From NCBI GenBank assembly GCA_963843375.1, contig CAWJKT010000011.1:128001-192000 (forward strand): 64,000 nt of DNA. Direction: 5' to 3'. Made by a program: the position numbers and the translations under genes. Source of the DNA: an uncultured Pseudomonadota bacterium. GTDB lineage: Bacteria; Oederibacteriota; Muellerivitia; Muellerivitales; Muellerivitaceae. The notes under the pieces were generated by a model, which worked only from the letters and a program-made list of their open reading frames with translations, made no database searches and was not told the DNA's origin. Shown piece after piece: positions 41,053 to 51,906 of the stretch (its first letter is position 1; every line of letters begins with the position of its first letter).

Positions 41053-41572
41053 ATGCGGATTAGGCCGGGAACCCAAGCCGACATTGAGGAAGTCTCCCAT
41101 GCCTATGCCGAGGCCTGGCGGACGACCTACCAGGGCATTACCCCCGATGCTTTTGTCAAAGGCATGACGGCTGGGGCGGCAGCTCAAATCTTCAGGGACA
41201 GCCTCCAACCCAACGAGTTTTCCTATTTCTTTTACGTGGCCCAGGCCCCCGGTGGCCGCCTGGTGGGATTCGCGGACGGAGGTAAGGAACGGAGTAACCC
41301 CCAAAGCGGGCTGGGTGAACTTTACGCCATTTATCTTCTGAAGGAATTCCAGCAGCAGGGCGCGGGTCGGAAACTTTTTGAGGCCTCGGTTGAAAGCCTG
41401 CTTAGGTCAGGCATGACATTCCATGGTCGTATGGGTCCTGGAGCCCAGTCCTTACCGAAAATTTTACGAATCACTGAATGGGAAGTTGGAAACCGGGCGG
41501 AAAAATTTGGTGGTTGCCGGAACCCGATTGACTTTGGTGTCTTACAGGTGGGACGATCTCAGTTCTATTTGA
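41053..41572 (+). CDS. GNAT family N-acetyltransferase; apparent +1 frameshift at ~41419
   Basis: AWRTTY.GI, GELYAIYLL...Q..G.GR.L; repaired frame gives SMVVWVLE.SPYRKFYESLNG...YRW.DL, stop at 41572. Confidence 0.82.
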
Positions 41573-41584
41573 AAGGAAAAAACC

Positions 41585-42697
41585 TTGTCCGAATTTTCCG
41601 CTACCCCCGAAGGAACAAAAGAGTACGCCACCCGCTTTCCTGATTTTGTCAAAACCGGGCATTACCGGGATTTCATGGGGTTGGTCGTTTCCTCCCTGGG
41701 ACTGGGCACCTACCTGGGAAACCAGAATGAAACGGACGACCAATTGTATATAGAAGCGATCAAGGTTGCCCTCGCTTCGGGAATCAACCTGATTGATTCG
41801 GCTATCAATTACCGCTGTATGCGAAGCGAGCGCAACATCGGGAAGGCTCTGAGGGATTTAATCAAAGAAGGGAAAATCAAAAGGGAAGAGATCGTGCTCT
41901 GTACCAAGGGCGGTTTCATTCCCTTTGACGGGGAACCACCCGTCAGCATGCCCCACTATTTTCAGGATACTTACGTCAAAACCAAAATCTGCAAGCCGGA
42001 AGACTTGGTGGCGGGTTGCCATTGCATGACCCCGGCTTATCTGCGCAACCAAGTCGGAAAGTCCCTCCAAAACCTCGGTGTGGATTGCATTGACCTTTAT
42101 TACCTCCATAATCCCGAAACGCAGTTGGACGAAACCTCCAAAGAGGATTTCTATTACCGCTTGGGATTGGCTTTTGAGGAGTTGGAAAAATTGGCACATG
42201 AAGGAAAGATCAAGGCTTACGGCACCGCCACTTGGAACGGCTATCGGGTTTCCTCCGACAGCCCGGAGTATCTTTCGCTTCAGGATGTTTTGAAAACGGC
42301 GGAAAAGGCGGGAAAGGGTTCCCACCATTTCAAAGCCCTCCAACTTCCTTATAACCTGGGAATGGCCGAGGCCATCGGGGTGGACAACCAGGTTTTGGGG
42401 TCGCAAACGGTTTCGCTGCTTCAAGCCGCCCATGCCAACGACGTCGCGGTTTTCACCAGCGCATCGATCCTCCAAGCCCGTTTGTCCCGCAACCTTCCTC
42501 CAGTGGTCGCCAAGACTTTTACGGGTTTGGAGACCGACGCCCAGAGAGCTATCCAGTTTGTTCGCTCCTCGCCAGGGGTAACATCAGCTTTGGTAGGCAT
42601 GAAAAAGAAAAACCATGTGGAAGAGAACCTGAAAGTGGCCCGAGTCCCGCCCGTATCACCCGATAAATTAAAGCTTTTGTTTTCCGAGGGAGCTTGA
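41585..42697 (+). CDS. Aldo/keto reductase family protein
   Basis: SSLGLGT, GIN.IDSAINY, SE..IG, TKGG, SL.NLG.D.IDLYYLHNP, Q.PYNL. Confidence 0.92.
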   Translation: MSEFSATPEGTKEYATRFPDFVKTGHYRDFMGLVVSSLGLGTYLGNQNETDDQLYIEAIKVALASGINLIDSAINYRCMRSERNIGKALRDLIKEGKIKREEIVLCTKGGFIPFDGEPPVSMPHYFQDTYVKTKICKPEDLVAGCHCMTPAYLRNQVGKSLQNLGVDCIDLYYLHNPETQLDETSKEDFYYRLGLAFEELEKLAHEGKIKAYGTATWNGYRVSSDSPEYLSLQDVLKTAEKAGKGSHHFKALQLPYNLGMAEAIGVDNQVLGSQTVSLLQAAHANDVAVFTSASILQARLSRNLPPVVAKTFTGLETDAQRAIQFVRSSPGVTSALVGMKKKNHVEENLKVARVPPVSPDKLKLLFSEGA

Positions 42698-42743
42698 GTC
42701 TAACTAAATACGTTTGAACCGCCTGGTTCAACCTGTTTGATTT

Positions 42744-43388
42744 TTAGGCGGTCTTGCTATTTCCGGGGTCCATGAAAGCGAAGAGGACAATCCCCGTCAG
42801 GAAACCGCCCACATGGGCCCAAAAGGCCACGCCCCCCATCATGGGATTGGAATTAATGGCCATAAAGTATTGCTCGAGAAACCAGATACCCACCACGAGA
42901 AAGGCCCGGGCAGGGATCGCAAAGATCGGAAAGACGATGAAGAAAAATTGCAGCCTCATTTTTTGCCAGGGGAACATCACCATATAGAGGGCACAAATGC
43001 CGGAGATGGCCCCGGAAGCGCCGACAAGCGGCAAAGACGAATGGGGGTTCACCGTGTATTGCAGGAAGCATGCGCCAAACCCTGAGAGCAGGTATGCGAT
43101 GAGGTAGTTCATCCTGCCCAGCCGCTCCTCCACGTTATCCCCGAAGACGTAAAGAAAGTACATGTTGCCTAGGAGATGGGCGATACCCGCGTGTAGGAAC
43201 ATGGATGAAATCACGTTTTGGATATGTGGATGGGCGGGGGTGAAGCCGTAATGCCAGACAATGCGATCGAAGGACTGGCGGAAAAAGGTCTTGAAAAAAA
43301 TGTAAAAATTAAGGGTGATCAAGGCCACGTTCGCCAAGGGAAACTTGCGAGGAGGGTTACCCTCTTGTACCGGAAGGAACCAGAACAT
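42744..43388 (-). CDS. Rhomboid-family intramembrane serine protease
   Basis: SMFLH....HL.GNM, GASGA (catalytic Ser), AHVGG (catalytic His). Confidence 0.95.
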   Translation of the reverse strand: MFWFLPVQEGNPPRKFPLANVALITLNFYIFFKTFFRQSFDRIVWHYGFTPAHPHIQNVISSMFLHAGIAHLLGNMYFLYVFGDNVEERLGRMNYLIAYLLSGFGACFLQYTVNPHSSLPLVGASGAISGICALYMVMFPWQKMRLQFFFIVFPIFAIPARAFLVVGIWFLEQYFMAINSNPMMGGVAFWAHVGGFLTGIVLFAFMDPGNSKTA

Positions 43389-43664
43389 GGTTTTTCCTCA
43401 TTTCGTAAGATAGGGGGGTCGCCAGGAGGCACATTATGCCCCCTAACAAAAATCAAAAAAAGGTTGTTGCGCGATCCAGTTCAGCATGAACGGCGATAGA
43501 CGGAATTCAAAAAAATTTGAAATGGGCTTTATTTTGCCTTACTTACGCTGATTTTCCATTAAAAGAAGAAATCTAGAAACCTCTTTTCCGGCTTTGGAAA
43601 AGGCTGTGGATCCACACGGGGTTATTTTTATTCGATATTTTTAACCGATCCAAGTTAAACTTGG

Positions 43665-45923
43665 ATGCGGAAGGAATTATTTTTGAAAAAGAGACCCCTG
43701 CCAAAAAAAGGCAGAAAAAACCCCAGGCCGTCCCCCAAGGCTATTTCCCGGGACTCCGTTCCAACCGACGTCCCGCTTAAAAAGACAGGGCTGGACGCAG
43801 GCTATGGGCGCATTTTTGAAATAAATTCCATTTATGCTTGCGGATTGTTCGCGCTATTCACCGCCCTTTTCCTTTGGCCCTTTTTAACCCACCGCGACTG
43901 GATACCCGGCAATGGGGATATGGAATTCATTTGGCCTTACCGGTATGTCTGGATTGAAAGTCTCAAAAGGGGTTATCCGATGTTATGGAACCCCTATAGC
44001 AGCCTGGGCCAGCCTTTTTTGGCCAATTGCAATCCCCAGGTTTTCGCCCCTTTTAATTTTTTGTTTTTCTTTTTGCCCACGAGTTACGGTTTCACTTGGA
44101 GCTATTTCTTCCATTTTCTAATTGCGGCCTTTGGTACCTACCTTTTTATCCGTGGCCTTGGAACCGGCTGGACGGCGGCCTGCCTGGGAGGGTTGGCATT
44201 CGCCTTTTCTGGATTTTTCATGGGCCATTTTTTGTTCGGTGGGCATAACTCGGTGAATGGGGCGGCTTGGCTTCCATTAGTCCTCTATGGACTCAAGCGA
44301 TTTTTGGACTTGCGCCAGTTTTCCGCCCTCCTGCTTTCCTCCGCGGCTTTCGGCTGCTTGAGTCTGGACGCGATGCCCCAATATGTATTTTATACCCTGA
44401 TGATAACGGGTTTTTTTCTGGTTTGGACCTGGATTTCGGGAGGGATTAACTGGAAGGGGCTTTTGAAGACGGAAGTCCTATTCATCGCGATGAGTTTTTC
44501 ACTGGGACTCTGCCAATTGGCGCCGACTTTCCAAATGGCTCAATTAAGCAACCGCTGGTCCTGGAATATGAAAGAAATCATGCGCGATTGTTTTGTTCCC
44601 GAGAACTTTCGTTTCCTGATCAGTCCTTTTTCAATGGGAATCCCGGAACATGATTATCATGGAACGGGCGGATACGCGGAGGTCATCATTTATATCGGGG
44701 TCATCCCGATAATCCTGGCCTTCTTCGGGTTTTGGGGATTGTTGAAAAGGCCCATGGTTCGGTGGTTTGGCCTAGTGGCCGTTTTAAGCATGCTCTTGGC
44801 CATGGCCGACAGCACCCCCTTCACCCATTATGTTTATATGTTCTTTTCAAAAATCCTTCCCGGATTATCTCACAACCGGGAAGTGAGCCGCATCATGGTA
44901 TTGACGGCTTTTGCCTTGGCTTGTTTGGCCGGTTTGGCTTTGGACGCTTGGACCCGGTACTGGCGGCAGAAGCCGGGCCTGCCCGGTCTTTCCCGGGCCT
45001 TCCTGGTGTTTTGGGTCCCGGCCTTCCTGCTCTTGGGTACGGCCGTCGACCTTTACCGGTTCGATGCGCCACATGCCGCCGGTTACGGCGGCTCCTCCGC
45101 TTTTTTTACCGATTTATTTCCGGCGGATCTCCTTCAAAAGATAAAGGAGGACCCCACCTATCCGAGGGTCCAGCCTGGAAGCACCTACTGCGAATATCAG
45201 CTCCTTCAAAACATCAGTTCGGTTTACACCGGCTGCACCTCCTTTTTCATTCAGACTACCCAAGATTACATTGACGAGGAATATGGCCACCCGGATTCGC
45301 CGTTGGTGGATTTGATCAACCTCAAATACTCTTATCGACCGGATGGTTCCCAACCCACTCCCCGTTGGCAAAGGGTTCCAGGAATCGTCCCTGGCTCGGT
45401 TTGGGAGAATACCCAGGTTTATCCCCGCGCTTTCATGGTGGGCGGTTACAGCGTTGATCCGGATTATAGCCAAGCCATTTCCGAAATCCGGGATGGGAAG
45501 GTGGATCCCCGCCAGGAAGTGGTTTTGACCCAGGATCCATCTGAAAAACCCGAGGGGCCGAAGGGTTGGGTGGGGGAAGCCAAAATTACCCGTTACGATT
45601 ATAACGACCTGGAAATCGAATGCACGAACAACCGGCCTTGTTTTCTTTTTCTTTCCGATGCCTATTATCCTGGCTGGAAGTCGTGGGTGGACGGGAAGGA
45701 GGGACCCATTTATCTGGCGGATGGAACGTTCCGGGCGGTCCCCCTTTTAAACGCCGGCAGTCATCGGGTTAAAATGTCCTACTATCCCCCGATCATCATT
45801 TACAGCTTCTTTTATTCGTTGTTCGCCTGGATAGCTCTGGCGGTCGGCTGGGCCTTTCATAGCCGGTTAGATCAATGGTTCTCGACCCGATTTGGAGAAA
45901 TTTTTTCTTTGCCCAGCCGTTGA
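43665..45923 (+). CDS. YfhO-family membrane protein (putative GT-C glycosyltransferase)
   Basis: GD.....P, PMLWNPY...G.PF.A, FAFSGF, WLPL; C-terminal PRAF.V, LSD.YYPGW...VDG, FRAV...G.H.V..Y.P. Confidence 0.85.
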   Translation: MRKELFLKKRPLPKKGRKNPRPSPKAISRDSVPTDVPLKKTGLDAGYGRIFEINSIYACGLFALFTALFLWPFLTHRDWIPGNGDMEFIWPYRYVWIESLKRGYPMLWNPYSSLGQPFLANCNPQVFAPFNFLFFFLPTSYGFTWSYFFHFLIAAFGTYLFIRGLGTGWTAACLGGLAFAFSGFFMGHFLFGGHNSVNGAAWLPLVLYGLKRFLDLRQFSALLLSSAAFGCLSLDAMPQYVFYTLMITGFFLVWTWISGGINWKGLLKTEVLFIAMSFSLGLCQLAPTFQMAQLSNRWSWNMKEIMRDCFVPENFRFLISPFSMGIPEHDYHGTGGYAEVIIYIGVIPIILAFFGFWGLLKRPMVRWFGLVAVLSMLLAMADSTPFTHYVYMFFSKILPGLSHNREVSRIMVLTAFALACLAGLALDAWTRYWRQKPGLPGLSRAFLVFWVPAFLLLGTAVDLYRFDAPHAAGYGGSSAFFTDLFPADLLQKIKEDPTYPRVQPGSTYCEYQLLQNISSVYTGCTSFFIQTTQDYIDEEYGHPDSPLVDLINLKYSYRPDGSQPTPRWQRVPGIVPGSVWENTQVYPRAFMVGGYSVDPDYSQAISEIRDGKVDPRQEVVLTQDPSEKPEGPKGWVGEAKITRYDYNDLEIECTNNRPCFLFLSDAYYPGWKSWVDGKEGPIYLADGTFRAVPLLNAGSHRVKMSYYPPIIIYSFFYSLFAWIALAVGWAFHSRLDQWFSTRFGEIFSLPSR

Positions 45924-45952
45924 AAAGATAAAAAGGGACAAGGTCACCCGTT

Positions 45953-47099
45953 TCAACTCACCCGTGAAAGCCATTCGGGTTTGATAATGATCTCCGCGGG
46001 CTGGACAAGGTTGGGGTCTCGGTTTGGGATCTTCCACACGCCAGGGATAGGAGTGGAGCACTTGAGGCATATTCCTTCCGTCCCCAGCAGGTTTCGCAGG
46101 ACTTGAAAGCCGTAACGCTCGATTAAAAGTTCCCCGCAGGAAGGGCAGTAGGTGTTTTCGGTGGTGCCGACCTCTCCGGGGCGGTTGCCCGAGTAAACAT
46201 AATGCGAGCCCGGCGGCCTTGCCGATCTGGTAGCTCACGTTCAATTTATCCGGGTCGGTCCAATCCAGGTCTTCCATCTTATAGTCCGGATGGAACGCCG
46301 TGACATGCCAGGGGATATCCCTGGAGATGGAAGCCAGGAATTCCGCCATGGCCTGTAGTTCCTTTTCGCTGTCGTTCAACCCTGGAACCACCAGAGTCAC
46401 TACTTCCAGCCAGAAACCCATGGCTTTCAACCGCTCAATGGATTCCAAAACCGGTTTCAAGGTTCCCCCGATATTGCGGCGGTAGGTTTTGTCGTTGAAG
46501 CATTTTAAATCCACCTTATAGAGATCCACCCAGGGGCGTAAGAACTCCAACACTTCTTTCGTGGCGTTGCCGTTGGAAACATAGGAGGTTAAAAGCCCTA
46601 GGGTCCGGGCCTGCTTGAAAACCTCCACGGCCCACTCGCTGGTAATCAAAGGCTCGTTGTAAGTGGAGGTGATGGTTTGGCAATGGTGTTTCAGGGCGGC
46701 TGCCGCCAGTTCCTGGGCGGTCAGGTCTTGAGGCCGGGCTCCATTTTGTTCGGAAGCCGGGTCTCGTAAAGCTTGGCTGGTAATCCAGTTCTGGCAGTAA
46801 TCGCAATGATAATCGCAACCCAACATGCCGAAGGAAAAGGCCCGGGTGCCGGGAAGGGCGTGGAAAAAAGGCTTCTTCTCGATGGGATCCACCTGCAGGG
46901 CGCCCACGTAATTACGGGGAACCTTCAGACGTCCATTCTCATTATAACGGACTTTGCAGATGCCCTTTTTCCCTTCCGGAATGCGGCATCGATGGGAGCA
47001 GGCATAACATTGCACCCGGTTTTCGGAAAGCTTTTCATAAAGCAATCCTTCCGTGGTGCGATCCGCCAGCAATTGTTCCAGAGTCGGCGTTTTCGGCAT
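45953..47099 (-). CDS. amrS: AmmeMemoRadiSam system radical SAM enzyme; apparent +1 frameshift at ~46205
   Basis: N-terminal C..C...C......G.C, DPIEKKP, CDYHCDYCQNW, TYNEP, PWHVTAFHPDY; repaired C-terminus GLHYVYSGN...TYCPSCG...C..C...IPG, stop at 45953. Confidence 0.88.
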
Positions 47100-47170
47100 G
47101 ATTTACCCTTCTATATAGTAGGCCTCGAGTAGAGGGAAAAAAAGATGCGCCTTGTTCAAAAAGGCGTAAA

Positions 47171-48598
47171 ATGGCCCTCCCATTGGAGAAAAAAATGGCG
47201 CCTAGCCCAAAGACAAAATCAGAAAAAGAAAAAAAGAACCTCAGCCTCAAACCTTCCCGGGCCGCCCGCAAGGCCCTGGAAGGACTGGATTCCCTGATAT
47301 TACTGGTGGATGTATTCATGGATGAAGCGGGCCTGGAATTCAGGAGGCTCCTGAAATGGCTGGCCAAAGAGGATCGGGAAAAACTAAAGGGTCCCCGTCG
47401 TTACGGCAAATTGTGGAAAGCCCTGGTGGAAAGGCAAGAGTTCATCCGTCATTCCCGGGTGGGGAATATCCTGCAGGACCATTTCTTGGAAAGGCTTTTG
47501 GAAAATGACAATTCCTTCCACCGCAAAGCCGAACTGACCCGTCTCTCGCAAATAGGCCCTTCCTTAAGCGACGCCTATTTGTTGGAACTGGAGGTGATCC
47601 AGAAGATTTTAAAAACCGATTGGGAGGCCGAGTTCCTGAACTTGTCCGGATTGCTGGGCAAGAAGGCCACTCCCTCATTAGAAAGCACCCGCGGATTAGC
47701 CGAAAACCAATCGTCGTCTCCCTCTCTGGAAGCCCAGGAAGCCATAAAGCGAAAAATTCTTTTCAGTTCCAAGGGAAACCCCCTCCTGGATGAAGTTGCG
47801 GGGCATTTTTTCCAAAACGGCTGGGGTCTATTCGGGCGTTATCGGGCCTTCCGCTGGGAGGATCGGGGCGAGAGAAAGAAGGGGCTGGTGGGCATTGAGG
47901 CCGTGGATCCTATCCGCTTGGAAGACCTCGTGGGGTATGACGAACAACGCGGGCCCCTTCTGGAGAATATCGAAGCCTTCGTAGCGGGCAAGCCCGCCAA
48001 TAATGTCCTCCTCTACGGCGAAAGGGGAACGGGAAAGTCCTCCACCGTCAAAGCTCTCCTAAACCAATATCATCAGAAGGGTTTACGGCTGGTGGAGGTG
48101 GCACCCCAGGAACTTAAGGAATTGCACGACATCTTTCCCCACTTGAGGGGCCGCCGGGAAAAGTTCATCCTTTTCGTAGACGATCTTTCCTTCGAGGATA
48201 ACGAGACTTCCTATAAAGGGTTGAAAGCCCTGTTGGAAGGAACCTTGGAAGCTACCCCCGGAAACGTCATCGTGATTGCAACATCCAACCGCCGACACCT
48301 GATCCGGGAGTTTTTCGACGACCGTTTGGGCGGGGTCCAGAAAGGGGGCGAAATCCACGGAGCGGATACCGTGGAGGAAAAACTTTCTCTAGCCGACCGT
48401 TTCGGCTTGGTCATCTCCTTTTACACCCCCGACCAGGAAACCTACTTTAAAATGGTTGATAGCTGGGCAAAAATGGAAGGCATCAAAATGAAATCCCAGG
48501 AACTCCATGCCCGGGCGATCCAATGGGAAAAGTCCAACAACGTCCGCTCCGGCCGCACCGCGAGACAATTTATTAATGACCTTAAAGGAAAAATCTGA
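47171..48598 (+). CDS. AAA+ ATP-binding protein (DUF815 family)
   Basis: RAFRW, PANNVLLYG.RGTGKSS.VKA, FVDDLSFE, LKA.LEG, TSNRRHL, EEKLSL.DRFGL, RSGRTA.QF. Confidence 0.9.
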   Translation: MALPLEKKMAPSPKTKSEKEKKNLSLKPSRAARKALEGLDSLILLVDVFMDEAGLEFRRLLKWLAKEDREKLKGPRRYGKLWKALVERQEFIRHSRVGNILQDHFLERLLENDNSFHRKAELTRLSQIGPSLSDAYLLELEVIQKILKTDWEAEFLNLSGLLGKKATPSLESTRGLAENQSSSPSLEAQEAIKRKILFSSKGNPLLDEVAGHFFQNGWGLFGRYRAFRWEDRGERKKGLVGIEAVDPIRLEDLVGYDEQRGPLLENIEAFVAGKPANNVLLYGERGTGKSSTVKALLNQYHQKGLRLVEVAPQELKELHDIFPHLRGRREKFILFVDDLSFEDNETSYKGLKALLEGTLEATPGNVIVIATSNRRHLIREFFDDRLGGVQKGGEIHGADTVEEKLSLADRFGLVISFYTPDQETYFKMVDSWAKMEGIKMKSQELHARAIQWEKSNNVRSGRTARQFINDLKGKI

Positions 48599-49074
48599 TG
48601 GCCGTTGATCTTTCGGTTTTTAAGAATGCCGCCCCTTACCGGGGTTTCCGGGAGGAAGATTGGAATATCCTTGCCGACCGGCTCAAGGAAGTCCACTCGA
48701 GCGGGGGCGATGTGGTTTTCCGGGAAAAGGAACCGGGTGACGGTTTTTATTTCATCCGGGCGGGCAAGGTAAAAATCAGCAAGCAGGTCGTCCCGGAAGG
48801 GAAAAAGATGTCGCAGGAAATGCTCCTGGCGGTTTTGACCGCTGGAAACCTCTTCGGAGAAATGGCCTTGGTGGACGGGACGCCTCGTTCGGCGGATGCC
48901 ATCGTGGAAGAAAACGCCATCCTTTATTACATGTCCCAGGAAGAATACGAGAAACTGGAAAGGGAACATCCCCGTACCGCTCTGCGCATTCAGGATATCC
49001 TGGTTTCGACCCTCTGTTCCCGCATCCGGGAGGCCAACCGGAGCTTCGAGCTTATCCGTTTCTGGTGCACATGA
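48598..49074 (+). CDS. Stand-alone cyclic nucleotide-binding domain protein
   Basis: VF.E.EPGD.FY.I..G.V.I and FGEMAL.DG.PRSA phosphate-binding cassette; no HTH; TGATG overlap with upstream gene. Confidence 0.9.
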   Translation: MAVDLSVFKNAAPYRGFREEDWNILADRLKEVHSSGGDVVFREKEPGDGFYFIRAGKVKISKQVVPEGKKMSQEMLLAVLTAGNLFGEMALVDGTPRSADAIVEENAILYYMSQEEYEKLEREHPRTALRIQDILVSTLCSRIREANRSFELIRFWCT

Positions 49075-50027
49075 GAATCCGGATCCGGTTTTTAATCGGC
49101 TTTTTTTGGGTTTTGGTTTTTTTTCAACCCCTGGCGGCCCAGACCAAAGAGTCCGCCGTCAAAACCCTCATTCCCGACCTTATCCTCTGCGGTAAAAAGC
49201 ATAACAACCTGTTCCACATCCGCCGTGGCAAAATGAATTGGGATTGTCCATTTGATGGCCCCCTCAAAGACGTCCAGCCCCAACCGGAGGCCGGCACTTA
49301 CCTGGTGACGGGGGCTTCGCAGCAAGTCGCGCTGATCCAAAAGATTTGGAAAGGGTGCAAAACCCTTTGGGATTGGACCGGCTTGGAGGGCGTTATGGTG
49401 GAAAGCGCCGTCGTGGCCGATTGGGACGAAAAGGATAAACCCGCCCTGATCCTGGCGGCTGATTCCCTTAATCAGCGGCTTTTTTTGGCGGACGCCAAGT
49501 CAAATGATCCCAAAATACGCTGGGAATACAAACTACCAGCCCCGCCCCGGCGGGTGCACCTTTGCACCGACAGCGGGAATTTCCTGGTGACTCTTCATGA
49601 TTCGACCGTGGAGGAAATTTTTTTCCAGGAGGATAAGGTTGTCATGACCCTGGGTAAGACCGAGGGGTTGCTGGATGCACGGGACGCCGTGCGGGACCCC
49701 TGGGCGAATACTTACGTGGCGGACGCGGGGCAAGGGGACATACTTTCTTTCGGGCCGAAGAGGCAGCTCAATTGGAAAACGCACCTTCCCTTCGCGCCCG
49801 GGTCCTTTGAGGAAATGTCCTTGGCCCTCTTCCGTAAAAGCGGGAAGCGTCTTTTACTGGCGGCTGTGCATTTTTTGGGTGAGGGTTCGGCGGCTCTGAA
49901 TGTCGTTTATGTCTTGAATACGGAAACCGGAAAGGTTTTGGCCTGGAACGACCAGGATGAAAAAGGCGGTTACCCGGCCTTTTTCAAGGCCATTCCGGAC
50001 AAGGCCGAGTATTTCAAGAAACAGTAG
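49071..50027 (+). CDS. Hypothetical secreted protein, probable beta-propeller
   Basis: Signal peptide ending LAA-Q; repeated blade-like units (G..LVT, YVAD, K..W.Y); ATGA overlap. Confidence 0.6.
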   Translation: MRIRIRFLIGFFWVLVFFQPLAAQTKESAVKTLIPDLILCGKKHNNLFHIRRGKMNWDCPFDGPLKDVQPQPEAGTYLVTGASQQVALIQKIWKGCKTLWDWTGLEGVMVESAVVADWDEKDKPALILAADSLNQRLFLADAKSNDPKIRWEYKLPAPPRRVHLCTDSGNFLVTLHDSTVEEIFFQEDKVVMTLGKTEGLLDARDAVRDPWANTYVADAGQGDILSFGPKRQLNWKTHLPFAPGSFEEMSLALFRKSGKRLLLAAVHFLGEGSAALNVVYVLNTETGKVLAWNDQDEKGGYPAFFKAIPDKAEYFKKQ

Positions 50028-50042
50028 GAGAAGGGGAAATCC

Positions 50043-51164
50043 ATGAAAGAAAAAATGACCAAAAGTTTTATGGCGGTCGTATTCCTGTCATTGACGGGGG
50101 CGCTTTGCGCCGGACCCGCTTTCCTCACGGACGAGGAAATCTTGCGCTTGCGAAACCTTGACAGGACTTCCCTTGAAGCCGCGCCTTGGGTTCAATCCAT
50201 TGAGAACCAAGCCCAAGAAGCACTGGGGCTCGCCCCCAACCCGATCGACCAAATTCAAACCGCCGGTCAGTTGAAGGGAAGCGATGAAAAGGAAAAGACC
50301 CAGGAAGCCTTGAAGGATATGCCCCGGATGCGGGCTCTGGGCCTTGCCTATACCTTAACCGGACGGGAGGATTTCCGCCTCAAAGCCGGAGCCTATGTCC
50401 TCTCCTGGACCAAGACCTGCCAACCCCCGGAAAACGCCATCGACGCCACCAACCTGGAAGCCCTATTGGAAACCTATGACCTAATTCGGGCGAAAATGGA
50501 ACCGGGCTACCGTAAAGAGGTTGATGATTGGGTCCGGTCCGTCGCCCAAACTCTCATCACCTCCGACAATCCTCGGAAAGGCACCTATTGGAACAACCAT
50601 AAAACCCACCGTCTCAAGATCATCGCCCTGGCAGCGTTCGTTTTGAATGACTCGGACCTGGAAAAACAAACCTTGGAAACCATTCAAAGCTTGATGGAGA
50701 AAAATTTGAATCCTGATGGAACCACCCTGGACTTCCTGGAACGGGACGCCCTTCATTACCAGGTTTACGATTTGGAACCCTTTATCCGAACGGCCATCCT
50801 CTACCAAAGGGCGATGAACATGGATCTATATGACTGGAAGACGAGCCGGGGAGCTTCGGTCAGCCAATGCGTGGCTTTCGTCATACCCTTTGCCAAGGGA
50901 GAGAAAACCCATGCCGAATATGTTCATACCACCGTGAAGTTTGACCTTCAGCGGGCCCAGAACAATGAAAAGGGGCACGAAATAGGAGCGAGTTTTCCGC
51001 CCCAGGGCGCTTTGAAATGCTTGGAACTGGCCCAGTTTTTCCAGCCGGATTTGAAATCTTTGGTGGGAACCTTGGCCAACAAGCCGGATGCGGCCTATCC
51101 GACCTTGCAGATTCTTTTGAACGAAGCCACCCGGCCTTCCCCTAACCCTTTATCTAAACCATGA
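50043..51164 (+). CDS. Secreted alginate lyase family (alpha/alpha-toroid) protein
   Basis: LGLAY.LTG, YW-NNH, N...DG...DF..RDALHY..Y.LEP motifs; substrate not determinable. Confidence 0.75.
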   Translation: MKEKMTKSFMAVVFLSLTGALCAGPAFLTDEEILRLRNLDRTSLEAAPWVQSIENQAQEALGLAPNPIDQIQTAGQLKGSDEKEKTQEALKDMPRMRALGLAYTLTGREDFRLKAGAYVLSWTKTCQPPENAIDATNLEALLETYDLIRAKMEPGYRKEVDDWVRSVAQTLITSDNPRKGTYWNNHKTHRLKIIALAAFVLNDSDLEKQTLETIQSLMEKNLNPDGTTLDFLERDALHYQVYDLEPFIRTAILYQRAMNMDLYDWKTSRGASVSQCVAFVIPFAKGEKTHAEYVHTTVKFDLQRAQNNEKGHEIGASFPPQGALKCLELAQFFQPDLKSLVGTLANKPDAAYPTLQILLNEATRPSPNPLSKP

Positions 51165-51906
51165 ATCCCTGGCCTGAAGATTTACCTAAACGATTGAAAG
51201 ACTGCCGAAAGATTTGCGTTCTGACGGGCGCGGGCATTTCGACAGAATCGGGCATATCCACTTTTCGGGGCGTGGGCGGCCAATGGGAGAAAATTGATCC
51301 CATGAAGTTAGCTTCTGCGGAAGCTTTTTCCAAGGACCCCAAATACGTGTGGGAATGGTATGAGGTCCGGCGGCGCCAAGCGGCGGAGGCCGAACCCAAC
51401 CGGGGGCACGAGGTTTTGGCCTGGATGGAAGAATTTTTTCCTGAGGTGACGCTCATTACCCAAAACGTGGACCGGCTTCACCACAAGGCGGGGAGCCGGA
51501 GGCCCATTGAGCTTCATGGAAGTTTGTGGATGGTCCGATGCACGAGGGGATGCGGTGAATGGGAAGACCGGCATGAACTGGTGAATCTTCCTCCTAAGTG
51601 CCCTCAATGCGGAGCCCTGTTACGCCCCGGAGTGGTTTGGTTCGGGGAGGGATTCCCGTGGAGCCTTGGGCCCAGGCCGAGGAAGCCTCTAGGGAATGCG
51701 ACGCTTTTTTCGTCATTGGGACCTCGGCCCTGGTTTATCCCGCTGCCGCCCTGCCCGAAGAGCCGCTTCACCGAAAAAAGTTGGTGATCGAGATCAATCC
51801 CGAAGAAACACCTCTTTCCAGCCTCGTAACCCTTTCCGTTCGATCGGGAGCGGGCGAAGCGCTGGAATCCTTGCGCGAGAAACTTCTGGGAGAAGCTTCC
51901 TCTTGA
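51161..51906 (+). CDS. cobB: NAD-dependent protein deacylase (sirtuin); apparent -1 frameshift at ~51650
   Basis: LTGAGISTESGI.TFRG, WY..RR (desuccinylase-type pocket), TQNVD.LH, HGS, RPGVVWFGE; second frame GTSALVYPAA and EINP. Confidence 0.9.

Noticed and set aside
51696..51902. N-terminal extension of the 437-aa ORF, and similar long extensions of the 60704 and 62384 ORFs
   Set aside because: Overlap upstream genes or precede clear signal peptides and RBSs; true starts are downstream (51903, 61052, 62477)
47171..51906. ATPase plus sirtuin plus cNMP domain as an anti-phage defence system
   Set aside because: The sirtuin has complete housekeeping CobB motifs with a Zn-binding Cys set, the ATPase is DUF815-type rather than HerA/STAND, and no cyclase, nuclease or mobile context is present
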